Notes: generated by a model from the letters alone, not told the origin. Counted from the first letter of the stretch, positions 53,954-63,762 are shown. The stretch is 64,000 nt of DNA from an uncultured Clostridia bacterium (GCA_947629665.1 CANREJ010000001.1:31235-95234), one strand, 5' to 3'. Numbers and translations are program-made.

Positions 53954-55381
53954 TTATACGGGATAAACTTTGTTGGGATTGGCGGCCATATCCGAATCTA
54001 CTCCCACATTTTTGGCCTTCCGCCATTTAAAGAAGTTTGTTGCAACTTCGGGGAAGAGCGCATATGACAGCACGTCCTCTTCCTGCGTGTAGAAGCCCAT
54101 CTCCTTTACTTTGTCTGTGAGTTCGCCAAATTCGTCTTTAAGTAAATCGGCGGGTCTGCAAGTTATCTGCTGCTCGCCGTGTTCGGTACACTTTTTGACG
54201 AGTTCTGTGTTTTCCGCGCCCAAAAGCGCGCCGTATTTGCCCAAAATCAAATCTTTGAACTGTGCCGTAATTGTTTTATATCTTCCCAAAAGGACGTTCC
54301 AAACCGCCTGCGTGCCTACAATCTGGCTTGTGGGCGTTACGAGCGGCGGGTAGCCGCTATCCTTTCTTACAACCGGAACTTCGGCGAGACATTCCAAAAG
54401 TTTATCTTCTTTGCCTGCCTGTTTAAGCTGGTTCATTAAATTTGAAAGCATGCCGCCCGGAACCTGGTATAAAAGCGTATTAATGTCAATACTGCGAACT
54501 TTGGGGTTTAAAAAGCCGTCTTTTTCCAATCTTGCGGCAACCTTTTTAAAGTGCGTTACTGCGGGAAGCAATTTTTCAATCTCAATACCCGTGTCGTAAG
54601 GCGTGCCTTTTAACGTTGCAACAAGCGGTTCGGTTGCAGGGTTGGAAGTTCCGTTTCCAAGCGGCGACAGCGCGCAATCTACAATATCTACCCCCGCCTG
54701 AATTGCCATAAGGTTTATCATATCGCCCGTACCCGTTGTGTTGTGGGTATGCAGATGCACCTTAGTTTCGGGGCGGAGTTCTGCTTTAATCTCCTTAACC
54801 AACTCGTACGCGGTAAACGGCAACAACAGGTTTGCCATATCTTTTATGCAGATATTATCTGCGCCCATGTCCTCGAATTGTTTTGCTAGTTTAACAAAAT
54901 ATTCGGTCGTATGCACGGGGCTTGTTGTATATGAAATTGCACATTCACACACGCATTTCCCGCCTGCGCCGTATTTTTTTATCGCTTTTACCGACGCTTC
55001 AAGATTTCTGGGGTCGTTCAAAGCATCAAACAACCTTATAACGCCTATGCCGTTCTCAATGGATTTTTCAACAAATTTTTCAACTACGTCGTCGGCATAG
55101 TGCCTGTAACCGAGCAAATTTTGCCCGCGCAAAAGCATTTGTATAGGCGTCTTTTTTAAATACTTTTTTAAATTCCTCAGCCTTTCCCAAGGGTCCTCGT
55201 TTAAAAATCTCAAACATGAATCAAACGTTGCGCCGCCCCATGCTTCAAGCGAATAATAACCTATATCGTCCAACAGCGGCAACATGGGTTCCATTTCTTC
55301 AAATTTCATTCTCGTCGCCGCATGCGATTGGTGCGCATCGCGCAAAATTGTATCAGTAATTAAAACTTTTTTACCTTCCAT
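53954..55381 (-). CDS. Oxaloacetate decarboxylase alpha / transcarboxylase 5S-type carboxyltransferase, without a biotinyl domain
   Basis: 475 aa with ITDTILRDAHQS, KDMANLL, HLHTHNTTG. It ends without an (A/V)MKM biotinyl domain. Confidence 0.88.
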   Translation of the reverse strand: MEGKKVLITDTILRDAHQSHAATRMKFEEMEPMLPLLDDIGYYSLEAWGGATFDSCLRFLNEDPWERLRNLKKYLKKTPIQMLLRGQNLLGYRHYADDVVEKFVEKSIENGIGVIRLFDALNDPRNLEASVKAIKKYGAGGKCVCECAISYTTSPVHTTEYFVKLAKQFEDMGADNICIKDMANLLLPFTAYELVKEIKAELRPETKVHLHTHNTTGTGDMINLMAIQAGVDIVDCALSPLGNGTSNPATEPLVATLKGTPYDTGIEIEKLLPAVTHFKKVAARLEKDGFLNPKVRSIDINTLLYQVPGGMLSNLMNQLKQAGKEDKLLECLAEVPVVRKDSGYPPLVTPTSQIVGTQAVWNVLLGRYKTITAQFKDLILGKYGALLGAENTELVKKCTEHGEQQITCRPADLLKDEFGELTDKVKEMGFYTQEEDVLSYALFPEVATNFFKWRKAKNVGVDSDMAANPNKVYPV

Positions 55382-55399
55382 ATTATCACCGTTTTATAA

Positions 55400-56641
55400 T
55401 TAAGCTATCGAAGCGGCTGTCTGGATTGCCGCCTGTACCGCCTGCCCGTCAAAATACCCGCCAAAGCAAGCCAGCAAAACGCCCGCGGCAATGGCAGAAC
55501 CTATAACTCCCGCCACGTTAGGCCCCATGGCGTGCATTAACAAATGGTTTTGGGGGTCGTATTGCCGCCCTACGTCCTCCGAAATTCTCGCTGCCATGGG
55601 CACGGCAGATACTCCTGCGGAGCCTATCAGCGGATTGATTTGTCCCTTGGTAACTTTACACATTACCTTTGCCACCAGCAAACCGCCTATTGTGCCCATT
55701 ATGAACGCAAACAGCCCTATGGCAATAATTTCAAGCGTTTCCACCTGTAAGAACAACTCTCCTTTCGCCTTGCAACCTACGGCAACCCCAAGGAATATCG
55801 TGATTGTGTTCATAAGGCCGTTCTGTGCCTGCGTGGAAAGTCTGTCAACCACTCCCGACTCCTTTAAAAGATTGCCAAGCATAAGCATACCCAAAAGAGC
55901 AATCGAGTCCGGCAGTATAATTCCCATTACCAAAGTAACGATTATGGGGAAAAGTATCTTTTCGATCTTACTAACCTGGCGGAGAGGTTTCATTCTTATC
56001 GTCCTCTCTTTTTTGGTTGTAAGAAGTTTCATCAGCGGCTTTTGGATTATAGGTATGAGCGCCATATAGGAATAAGCCGCAATAGCTATCATGGGGAGTA
56101 AATCAGAAGATAATTTTGTTGTAACTAAAATTGCCGTGGGACCGTCTGCACCGCCTATTATGGCTATTGCCGCCGCCGCGGCGACCGAAAACCCGAACGC
56201 GATTGCAAGGATAAAAGCAACAAAAATTCCAAGTTGCGCGCCCGCGCCTATGAGCATGCTCTTGGGATTGGCGATGAGCGGCCCAAAATCCGTCATGGCG
56301 CCTATTCCAAGGAATATGAGCGGCGGGTAAATAACTTTATCTACGCCGAAGTACAAATACCATAACAGCCCGCGGGACGACGGCTCAACAGCGTCGTAAG
56401 CATTATTGCCATCGGGGTGAACTCCCCACAGCACTTTTTCTGCCCCCGGAATATTTATTAAAAACATTCCAAACGCTATCGGCAAAAGCAGCATCGGCTC
56501 AAATTTTTTAACAATAGCAAGATACATCAAAACAAAGGAAATCAAAAGCATAACATAATTTTGCCAGCTTCCCTGCGCAAAACCCATTTGCCCGTACAAT
56601 CCGTTGAATATCCCGCCAAAGTTTACTGCAAGTAAACTCAT
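55400..56641 (-). CDS. Sodium ion-translocating decarboxylase beta subunit (OadB/GcdB/MmdB family)
   Basis: 413 aa polytopic membrane protein with family-typical strings (GADGPTAI, LLPIAFGM). Confidence 0.92.
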   Translation of the reverse strand: MSLLAVNFGGIFNGLYGQMGFAQGSWQNYVMLLISFVLMYLAIVKKFEPMLLLPIAFGMFLINIPGAEKVLWGVHPDGNNAYDAVEPSSRGLLWYLYFGVDKVIYPPLIFLGIGAMTDFGPLIANPKSMLIGAGAQLGIFVAFILAIAFGFSVAAAAAIAIIGGADGPTAILVTTKLSSDLLPMIAIAAYSYMALIPIIQKPLMKLLTTKKERTIRMKPLRQVSKIEKILFPIIVTLVMGIILPDSIALLGMLMLGNLLKESGVVDRLSTQAQNGLMNTITIFLGVAVGCKAKGELFLQVETLEIIAIGLFAFIMGTIGGLLVAKVMCKVTKGQINPLIGSAGVSAVPMAARISEDVGRQYDPQNHLLMHAMGPNVAGVIGSAIAAGVLLACFGGYFDGQAVQAAIQTAASIA

Positions 56642-56652
56642 ATAACCTCCGC

Positions 56653-57009
56653 TCAGCCTATTACCGCCAAAAGCGCATTGGTTTCAACGTTTGCACCCTT
56701 TGTAACGCTCAAAGCTATTTTTCCGTCGCAAGGAGCCGTGATTTCATTATCCATTTTCATTGCTTCAAGTACGATTACGGGTTGGTCCTTTTTAACGGTG
56801 GAGCCATCCGCAACAAGGATATTTTTTATAAGTCCGGGGAAAGGCGACAATATTTTTTCGCCGTTTGCCACAGCCGCGGGTTTTGCGGCGGGCGCGTCAA
56901 CCGGTTTCTTTAACGGAGTTATATTTTTAATTTCGGTTGAATCCCCTCCAACCTCTTCCACTGCAACCTGGTAACTTTTTCCGTCTATTGTTACAACAAA
57001 ATTACGCAT
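56653..57009 (-). CDS. Biotin carboxyl carrier protein (1.3S / MmdC / GcdC-like)
   Basis: 118 aa. An A/P-rich linker, then a biotinyl domain with EAMKM. Confidence 0.88.
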   Translation of the reverse strand: MRNFVVTIDGKSYQVAVEEVGGDSTEIKNITPLKKPVDAPAAKPAAVANGEKILSPFPGLIKNILVADGSTVKKDQPVIVLEAMKMDNEITAPCDGKIALSVTKGANVETNALLAVIG

Positions 57010-57020
57010 AATGTTTCTCC

Positions 57021-57380
57021 TTATATCCTCTTGATCCTTTTTACTTTAAATTCGCATTTTGGCTGTTCGGTTTGATAATATGCCATAATTGCGGCAATTA
57101 TGGCGGCTTTTACCTCGTCGGGAATCTCGTCGCTCACGGCAGTTACGGCAGGTTCAACCTCTTTCTCAACTTTTGTCTTTTTTCTCTTTTCTGTTAAAAA
57201 CGCAAGATTATTTGTTTTGCGCATCAACAGCCCGATGAGCCAGATTACCGCAATGATTATTACAATTCCCGCAAACACAATTAAAAATCCAATGAGCGCA
57301 TAAACGAGGGCTTCGGGAAAATCGCTGAAATAAAAACTCCCGTTCTCTCTCTGTACTATGTCAAGCAACAAGTTATTCAT
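57021..57380 (-). CDS. OadG-family small membrane subunit of the Na+-pumping decarboxylase
   Basis: 119 aa with one TM helix and a C-terminal AAIIAAIMAYY string typical of OadG/MmdD. Confidence 0.7.
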   Translation of the reverse strand: MNNLLLDIVQRENGSFYFSDFPEALVYALIGFLIVFAGIVIIIAVIWLIGLLMRKTNNLAFLTEKRKKTKVEKEVEPAVTAVSDEIPDEVKAAIIAAIMAYYQTEQPKCEFKVKRIKRI

Positions 57381-57387
57381 ACGCCCC

Positions 57388-58764
57388 TCACTTTAAAAGC
57401 ATCTGCAAGGACGCAATTAAATATTGTTTTACAAACGACGGTTGGATAATATTGTCAATATATCCGCCCTTTGCCGCATTTACGGGATCGGAGTTTTCGT
57501 CGGCGTATTTTTCGGCAAGTTTGGCTTTGCTTGCCTTTTTATCCTCCGCATACTCTATTTCTGCGCCCTGCACGCTGTCAAACAGCGCGATTTTTGCGTT
57601 TGCAAAGGCGTAGCTGTAATCATAACCCATGGATTTTGCGGCAAAAAGCGTGTACCCAAGGCCTATCGCTTTGCCGTAAACAACCGAAATTTTAGCGGCG
57701 TCGATACAATCGAGTATAGAAATATATTCGCCTATTTCCTTTAAAACCAAGCTGTTGCTGGTGTTTAAATCCGCCCTTATTCCCAGCGTATTTACAAACG
57801 TAACGTAGGGCAAGCCGTAAAAAGACGCAAATTCGGCAAAATCCCTCAGCTTCCTCACGCTTAGCGCGTTAAGTTCAACGCCGTTGCCGTTTTCGAATAT
57901 CACTGCCGCCACGGAAATTCCGCCTACCCTACCGAGATAGAACTTAACTTCGGGTGAGTAGCTTGCGCCGAGTTCAATAGCCGTATCCTTGTCAAATACT
58001 TTTAAAAGGGATTTTAAAGTTACGCTGTTGTCAAGCTCCGGGATACTTATATTGAGTTCGTCGCTGTCTATTACGGGAACGGAAAGAATTTCCGTAATTT
58101 CCGCTATGCTGTTTTTTACCTCGCTTAAACTTTTAACAGTAAACGTGGCAAGATTGGCGCAGTTAAGCCCTTCCGAGCCGCCCACTTGAAACTTTGAAAC
58201 ATTTACTTCGTTTTTGGCCGAAATAACAAGCGGACTGTTTATGGCAAGCGCGCTCTTTTTGTCTATAAAATAGATAAAATCGCAAATGCCTGCAAGCGCG
58301 GAGATCTGTCCGTACACCTCACCGTTTACAATGAGATATTGGGGTACGCTACCTTTAAGCTGGGAACATTTTAATATCAATGTGGCAAGCCCTTCCAAAA
58401 CGCTTACGCCTTCGCCGAGCTGAACCCCAAGCGAAGATAAAAGCCAAATTACAGGCGTTGACGTCTTTTCGGCCTGGTTCAAGCACTTCTCGATTTTTTT
58501 GCAATTTGCCTCGCTTACCCCGCCTGAAAGCACATTCGGGTTTTGCGCCACAATGTAAAAAGGATAATCGTTTATAGTACCGAACCCCGTAACAACGCCC
58601 TCTCCCTGCGCTTCTTCCCCGTAAAATTCGCTTTTGGAAAAACTAAAAGCGGATAGTTCCACAAAACTGTCCGCATCAATGAGCGTGTCAATATCCTTGC
58701 GGATATCGGCGCCTACATTTAAAAGGTCTTGCTTACGCTTTTGCAATAAGCTGATTTTATCCAT
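57388..58764 (-). CDS. Acyl-CoA carboxyltransferase (12S / MmdA / GcdA) homologue with divergent active-site motifs
   Basis: 458 aa, collinear with carboxyl_trans domain proteins (GEGVVTGFGTI, VPQ, DF). It reads SSLGVQLGEGV where I expect DSGGARIQEGV, and GKAIGLGY where I expect RKAYGGAY. Confidence 0.75.
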   Translation of the reverse strand: MDKISLLQKRKQDLLNVGADIRKDIDTLIDADSFVELSAFSFSKSEFYGEEAQGEGVVTGFGTINDYPFYIVAQNPNVLSGGVSEANCKKIEKCLNQAEKTSTPVIWLLSSLGVQLGEGVSVLEGLATLILKCSQLKGSVPQYLIVNGEVYGQISALAGICDFIYFIDKKSALAINSPLVISAKNEVNVSKFQVGGSEGLNCANLATFTVKSLSEVKNSIAEITEILSVPVIDSDELNISIPELDNSVTLKSLLKVFDKDTAIELGASYSPEVKFYLGRVGGISVAAVIFENGNGVELNALSVRKLRDFAEFASFYGLPYVTFVNTLGIRADLNTSNSLVLKEIGEYISILDCIDAAKISVVYGKAIGLGYTLFAAKSMGYDYSYAFANAKIALFDSVQGAEIEYAEDKKASKAKLAEKYADENSDPVNAAKGGYIDNIIQPSFVKQYLIASLQMLLK

Positions 58765-58891
58765 AATTTCTCCTGAATGCTAAATTTCCTCATATATCAT
58801 TTTAAACTTATAGATGATTAAAAGCAACTTAAATCGATAAAATTTTATCCGAAAAAATTTTTGTTTTAATAAAACAAAAAAGATGACGTTT

Positions 58892-59803
58892 TCAATCACC
58901 TTTTTTCAATTTCAATTTGGTTTTTATAAATGTGTCAATTCTATCGGAAAATTTAATGACAAGCCAAAACAGAACCGCCACCAACGCCGCAAGAATCAGC
59001 CAAATTAATATCCCCCACCAGGTTGTAAACGGTATCAACTCAAATGAATAGGCGGTTGAAACGACCGAAAACGCACGCGTTATAATAATCATAACGACAA
59101 AGTATTTCCAGGTCATGGACGATAGCCCCGCTACAAAGCAAAGAACGTCGTCCGGAAACATCGGCAAAAGGAACATTATCGACAATATTAAATAATCCTT
59201 GCCCTTTAATTTTTCAAGCCATTTGTCAAGGCTGTCCTTGCCAACAATCCAGCAAACGGCTTTATAACCTATCCACCTTCCTATTCCAAACGCTATAAAA
59301 GAGCCTATGATTATGCCAATAAAACTGAAAATGGCGCATTTCCACGGCCCGAACATTGCGACGCCTACCGCAACGGCAACCGAACCGGGCACGGGGAGCA
59401 GAACAACCTGCAACAGGCAAAAACTGATATAGATGAGCGCGGCAAGGCTACCCGCATTGCCTATATATTCCCTCAACGCATCAACGCTGTTTATCGTGCC
59501 CAAAAGATTTGTTGAACATAAAAAGAAAAAGACGGCCGCACATATGTCAACAAAAATCAAAACGCACACGGCAAGCCTGAACGCCGCTTTCTTTTTAAAA
59601 ACGTAAAACATAATTGCGGCAAAAACAGCGGCCACGCATAAGGAAAACGACAGCCAGAACAAAAGATGGAAATGTTCCTCTATAAAGTCGACGTTTTTAT
59701 ATGCCAAGCCGTAGGCTATAAAAAGAAAGGCAACCGCACCGAAAAGTACAACTGCCAATACATTTATAAAGTGTTTTAAAACATCTATACGTTTCATTAA
59801 CAC
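58892..59803 (-). CDS. TVP38/TMEM64 (DedA superfamily) membrane protein with an N-terminal TM extension
   Basis: 303 aa, polytopic, with LLPVPGSVAVAVGVAMFG and LPMFPDDVLCFVAGLS. Confidence 0.7.
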   Translation of the reverse strand: MLMKRIDVLKHFINVLAVVLFGAVAFLFIAYGLAYKNVDFIEEHFHLLFWLSFSLCVAAVFAAIMFYVFKKKAAFRLAVCVLIFVDICAAVFFFLCSTNLLGTINSVDALREYIGNAGSLAALIYISFCLLQVVLLPVPGSVAVAVGVAMFGPWKCAIFSFIGIIIGSFIAFGIGRWIGYKAVCWIVGKDSLDKWLEKLKGKDYLILSIMFLLPMFPDDVLCFVAGLSSMTWKYFVVMIIITRAFSVVSTAYSFELIPFTTWWGILIWLILAALVAVLFWLVIKFSDRIDTFIKTKLKLKKGD

Positions 59804-59832
59804 TAATATTATATTTAATTTTATAATAATTA

Positions 59833-60276
59833 TTATTGCGGTTTAAAATTTTTAACGGCGTCTGTGGCAAGTTTATCGCAAATATTGTTGTATTCGTTAT
59901 CCGCATGCCCCTTGACTTTAAAAAAAGTAACCTTATGGATGGACGTTAATAAAAGTAACTCGCGCCATAAATCTTCGTTTAAAACGGGCTTGTTATCGGC
60001 TTTTTTAAAGCCATTTCGTTGCCATTCGTCTACCCAACCGTTTAAAAAGGCGTTCACAGTATAGGCCGAATCGCTGTAAATTTCAACTTCGCACGGCTCT
60101 TTTAAGCATTTGAGCCCCTCGATTACAGCCGTTACTTCCATGCGGTTGTTGGTTGTGGAGCCGTCCGCACCCGAAATACGCTTTTCTACACCCTTGTAAA
60201 TAAGCACGGCCCCCCAGCCGCCTACCCCCGGATTGCCCGAACAGGCTCCGTCGGTGTACAAAACTACTTTTTTCAT
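59833..60276 (-). CDS. rnhA: Ribonuclease HI
   Basis: 147 aa with YTDGACSGNPGVGGWG, TNNRMEV, KGHADNEYN. Confidence 0.92.
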   Translation of the reverse strand: MKKVVLYTDGACSGNPGVGGWGAVLIYKGVEKRISGADGSTTNNRMEVTAVIEGLKCLKEPCEVEIYSDSAYTVNAFLNGWVDEWQRNGFKKADNKPVLNEDLWRELLLLTSIHKVTFFKVKGHADNEYNNICDKLATDAVKNFKPQ

Positions 60277-60278
60277 GT

Positions 60279-61082
60279 TTACGACTGCTCTTTTAATTTA
60301 TTTACACACGCCGTTACGGCTTGATAAACTATGCCGCGGAAATTATTTTGTTCCAGAACTTTAACGGCCTCAATTGCCGTTCCGCCCTTTGTGCAAACTT
60401 TCATAATGAGGTCGGCAATGGAACCCTCATCTCTCTGCACCATTTCCGCCGCGCCGAGAACTGTTTGCACGGCAAGCGCGCTCGCCTCGTCTTTGGTTAA
60501 GCCGTTTTTAATCCCCGCGTCAATTAAACTGTCCATAAACATAAAAGCATATACGGGACCGCACCCACTTACCGCCGCAACGGCGTCCATTTTACTTTCG
60601 GGCACATTAATTACCGACCCAAGACAGTTTAAAACATTAAAAATAAAATCTGCGTCGTCAACGTCGTCAAAATCACTCATATCCAGTCCAATTGCGCCGC
60701 TGCCTATTGTGCAAGGTAAATTGGGCATGAACCTGGCAACTTTAACATCGTTTGAACCCAAAGCCCGTTTAATAGCAGGTTTTGTTATTCCCTCCATCGC
60801 GGATATTATTTTTTGCGGGCGGACACCGCCCAAACTGTGCACAACGCTTTCAAATTGCTTGGTTCTTACCGCCAAAACAACAAATTCGCTGTTCTCCGCA
60901 ACATATTTGTTGCTGTTGCAAGTATATGCGCCCACTTCGGACACGGCGTCGAGATTCGATTCAACCAAATCGCTGACAATTACCTTTTTAGCGTTTAAAT
61001 AATCGGATAAAATAACACCTTTTGCCAGCGCAGAACCTATAACTCCGCAACCGATTATGCCAAGTTTAAATTTTTTCTTCAT
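60279..61082 (-). CDS. proC: Pyrroline-5-carboxylate reductase
   Basis: 267 aa with LGIIGCGVIGSALA (Rossmann) and a C-terminal P5CR dimerisation domain (GGTAIEAV). Confidence 0.92.
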   Translation of the reverse strand: MKKKFKLGIIGCGVIGSALAKGVILSDYLNAKKVIVSDLVESNLDAVSEVGAYTCNSNKYVAENSEFVVLAVRTKQFESVVHSLGGVRPQKIISAMEGITKPAIKRALGSNDVKVARFMPNLPCTIGSGAIGLDMSDFDDVDDADFIFNVLNCLGSVINVPESKMDAVAAVSGCGPVYAFMFMDSLIDAGIKNGLTKDEASALAVQTVLGAAEMVQRDEGSIADLIMKVCTKGGTAIEAVKVLEQNNFRGIVYQAVTACVNKLKEQS

Positions 61083-61148
61083 AATTTAATCTCCAAAAAC
61101 AGTTGACTAATGCAAACCGATATTATATAATTTAAAAGTCAATAACTT

Positions 61149-61223
61149 AGGGGAGTAGCTCAACGGTAGAGTCGCGGTCTCCAAAACCGTCGGTTGCATG
61201 TTCGAATCGTGTCTCCCCTGCCA
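61149..61223 (+). tRNA. tRNA-Trp (anticodon CCA), CCA encoded
   Basis: A 75-nt cloverleaf folded by hand: acceptor AGGGGAG/CTCCCCT, anticodon stem GCGGT/ACCGT with loop CTCCAAA, T-loop TTCGAAT, discriminator G, CCA. Confidence 0.9.
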
Positions 61224-61224
61224 A

Positions 61225-61255
61225 AATTCCAACCTGTGAGGTTGGAATTTTTTTG
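61225..61255. terminator. Intrinsic terminator after tRNA-Trp, possibly bidirectional and also serving purB
   Basis: aattccaacc-tgtga-ggttggaatt followed by TTTTT, with an A-run on the other side. Confidence 0.7.
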
Positions 61256-61333
61256 TAAAAAATTGAATTTTGGCGACAAAATACATTAAAAATACTGAAA
61301 TACAATGTACTATGTCAGGCATAAAATGTGCTA

Positions 61334-62767
61334 TTACACGTTTACTTCGCCCTTTTGACCGAGAACGGACTTGTTTTCCGCCAATATGGGGGCCACCTCA
61401 TTTTGGATAAATTCAACCACCTGCGAAGGCGCCCTACCTATAAATTTCTTTGCGTCAAGAATGTCATCGAGCTTGCCATGGACGGCGGCAAACATGCCAT
61501 CGTTTTTTATAAGCTCAATCAAATTGTTCTCCTTTCCCTCCTGCTTGACGTTTTTGCCTGCCTCCATGGAGAGTACTCTTATTCTTTCATGCAACTCCTG
61601 CCTGTTTCCGCCCGCTTTAACGCATTCCATCATTATATTTTCCGTTGCCATAAACGGAAGCTCTGCCGCAATGTGTTTTTTTATGACTTTATCGTAAACT
61701 ACAAGATTTTCGGCTACGTTCATATAGATATTCAGTATTCCGTCAAGGGCAAGAAAGGCCTGCGCTATCACTATCCTTCTGTTTGCCGAATCGTCAAGCG
61801 TCCTTTCAAACCACTGGGTGCCCGCCGTTATCGCGCAGTTCATAGGCAGAGATATTACATATCTTGCCAATGAGCCCATTCTTTCGCTTCTCATGGGGTT
61901 GCGCTTATACGCCATTGCCGAAGAGCCTATCTGCGATTTTTCAAACGGCTCCTCTATTTCTTTCATATTCTGCAAAATTCTTATATCGTTTGAAAACTTA
62001 TACGCACTTTGGGCTATTTGCGAAAGTACGCAAAGCACGTTGTAATCGAATTTTCTGGGATAAGTTTGCCCCGTTACGCCATATGCTTTATCAAAGCCAA
62101 GTTTATCAATAACCTTTTTTTCAAGCTCTTTAACTTTGTTTTCGTCGCCCGAAAAAAGCTCCATAAAGCTCGCCTGCGTGCCCGTTGTGCCCTTAACCCC
62201 GCGCAATTTAAAGGCGTTTTGCAAGTTTACAAGATTGTTGTAGTCCATCGTCAAGTCCTGCAACCACAGCGTTGCGCGCTTGCCGACGGTAGTCAATTGT
62301 GCAGGTTGCAAATGCGTAAAGCCCAACGTGGGCATATCCTTATATTTAAGCGCAAAGGCCGAGAGCTTGTCTATTACGTTTACAAGTTTGGCTTTGATTA
62401 TTTGAATGGCGTCCCACATAATTATAAGCTCCGAGTTGCAGTCAACAAAACAACTCGTTGCGCCAAGATGAATTATAGGCATTGCGGAAGCCGCCTGTGC
62501 GCCAAACGCCTTTACGTGCGCCATAACGTCGTGGCGAACCTGCCTTTCATACTCCTCTGCAAGCTCAAAATTTATGTCCACGGCGTACTTTTTCATTTCG
62601 TCGACCTGCTCGCGGGTTATATTTAACCCCAGCTCCATTTCGGATTCGGCAAGCGCAATCCACAACTTTCTCCAAAGTTTAAAACGCTTGTCGTCGGAAA
62701 AATTCTGCGCCATAGCCTTGCTTGCGTATCTTGTTATCAGCGGGTTTTGATAAACGGAATTGTCCAT
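61334..62767 (-). CDS. purB: Adenylosuccinate lyase
   Basis: 477 aa with the fumarate-lyase signature GSSAMAYKRNP. Confidence 0.95.
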   Translation of the reverse strand: MDNSVYQNPLITRYASKAMAQNFSDDKRFKLWRKLWIALAESEMELGLNITREQVDEMKKYAVDINFELAEEYERQVRHDVMAHVKAFGAQAASAMPIIHLGATSCFVDCNSELIIMWDAIQIIKAKLVNVIDKLSAFALKYKDMPTLGFTHLQPAQLTTVGKRATLWLQDLTMDYNNLVNLQNAFKLRGVKGTTGTQASFMELFSGDENKVKELEKKVIDKLGFDKAYGVTGQTYPRKFDYNVLCVLSQIAQSAYKFSNDIRILQNMKEIEEPFEKSQIGSSAMAYKRNPMRSERMGSLARYVISLPMNCAITAGTQWFERTLDDSANRRIVIAQAFLALDGILNIYMNVAENLVVYDKVIKKHIAAELPFMATENIMMECVKAGGNRQELHERIRVLSMEAGKNVKQEGKENNLIELIKNDGMFAAVHGKLDDILDAKKFIGRAPSQVVEFIQNEVAPILAENKSVLGQKGEVNV

Positions 62768-62779
62768 ATTTTCTCCGGA

Positions 62780-63301
62780 TTAAAATTTAACGGGTTTGGG
62801 ATATTCTGCGCCGAAAGTTTCAACCGTTACGCGCTTCATTACCTGCGGCGTTTTGGGTTTATCGTTCCAATCGGTCTTTACCGCGGCGATACCGTCTACA
62901 ACTTCCATTCCCTCGATTACCTTACCGAAAGCCGCGTATTGCCCGTCTAAATGGGCGGCATTTTGGTGCATTATAAAAAACTGCGAGCCTGCCGAATTTG
63001 GATTCATTGCGCGCGCCATTGAAAGCACTCCGCGCGTGTGCTTTAAGTCGTTTTGTTTAAAGCCGTTGAGTGCAAATTCGCCCTTAATCGTGTATCCGGG
63101 GCCGCCCGTGCCAACCCCGGCGGGGTCGCCACCCTGAATCATAAAGCCGCTTATAACTCTGTGGAATATAATTCCGTCGTAAAAACCGCTTTTTACAAGG
63201 TCAATAAAATTATTTACCGTGTTGGGAGCCTTGTCGGGGTAAAGCTCGGCCTTAATAATTTGGCCGTTCTCCATCTCTATGGTAACTATCGGGTTTTTCA
63301 T
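62780..63301 (-). CDS. ppiB: Peptidylprolyl isomerase, cyclophilin type
   Basis: 173 aa with FHRVISGFMIQGGDP and GSQFFI. Confidence 0.92.
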   Translation of the reverse strand: MKNPIVTIEMENGQIIKAELYPDKAPNTVNNFIDLVKSGFYDGIIFHRVISGFMIQGGDPAGVGTGGPGYTIKGEFALNGFKQNDLKHTRGVLSMARAMNPNSAGSQFFIMHQNAAHLDGQYAAFGKVIEGMEVVDGIAAVKTDWNDKPKTPQVMKRVTVETFGAEYPKPVKF

Positions 63302-63309
63302 ATATCCTC

Positions 63310-63762
63310 CTATAAATCGCTGTATTTTTGGAGAGCCACTTTTGCCTCTTCAAAAAGCTGAACGGAAAATTCGTCGGGGTAGCCCTCTTTGTAAACCACC
63401 CGCGTAATACCGGAATTTATTATAATTTTTGCACAGATTACGCACGGTTGGTGCGTACAATAAAGAGTGCATCCCTCCACACTGCATCCAACGCGCGCCG
63501 CCTGAATAATGGCGTTTTGCTCGGCATGAACGCCGTAGCACAGTTCGTGCATTGTACCGCTTACAATATTGAGCTTTTTGCGCAAACATTCCTTTTTATC
63601 CGCACAACTCTTTATTCCTTGCGGCGCACCGTTATAGCCCGTTGCAATCACGCGCTTATTTTTAACGATAACCGCGCCAACGTGCCTGTTTTGCTGAAAA
63701 CAGCTTGACCATTCGCCGATTTGCTCGGCCATTTCCATAAAACGTTTATCCCACTTATCCAT
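63310..63762 (-). CDS. Deoxycytidylate (dCMP) deaminase
   Basis: 150 aa with zinc motifs HAEQNAI and PCVICAKII. Confidence 0.9.
   Translation of the reverse strand: MDKWDKRFMEMAEQIGEWSSCFQQNRHVGAVIVKNKRVIATGYNGAPQGIKSCADKKECLRKKLNIVSGTMHELCYGVHAEQNAIIQAARVGCSVEGCTLYCTHQPCVICAKIIINSGITRVVYKEGYPDEFSVQLFEEAKVALQKYSDL

Noticed and set aside
60331-61002. A 223-aa + strand ORF antisense to proC. Similar long shadow ORFs occur at 62009-62626 (antisense to purB), 41801-42406 (glgA), 55491-56069 (decarboxylase beta subunit), 50480-50995 (ispH) and 61328-61873 (purB).
   Set aside because: All lie wholly inside strongly supported genes on the other strand. They have low-complexity or odd composition and lack ribosome-binding sites and promoters, so they are typical shadow ORFs.
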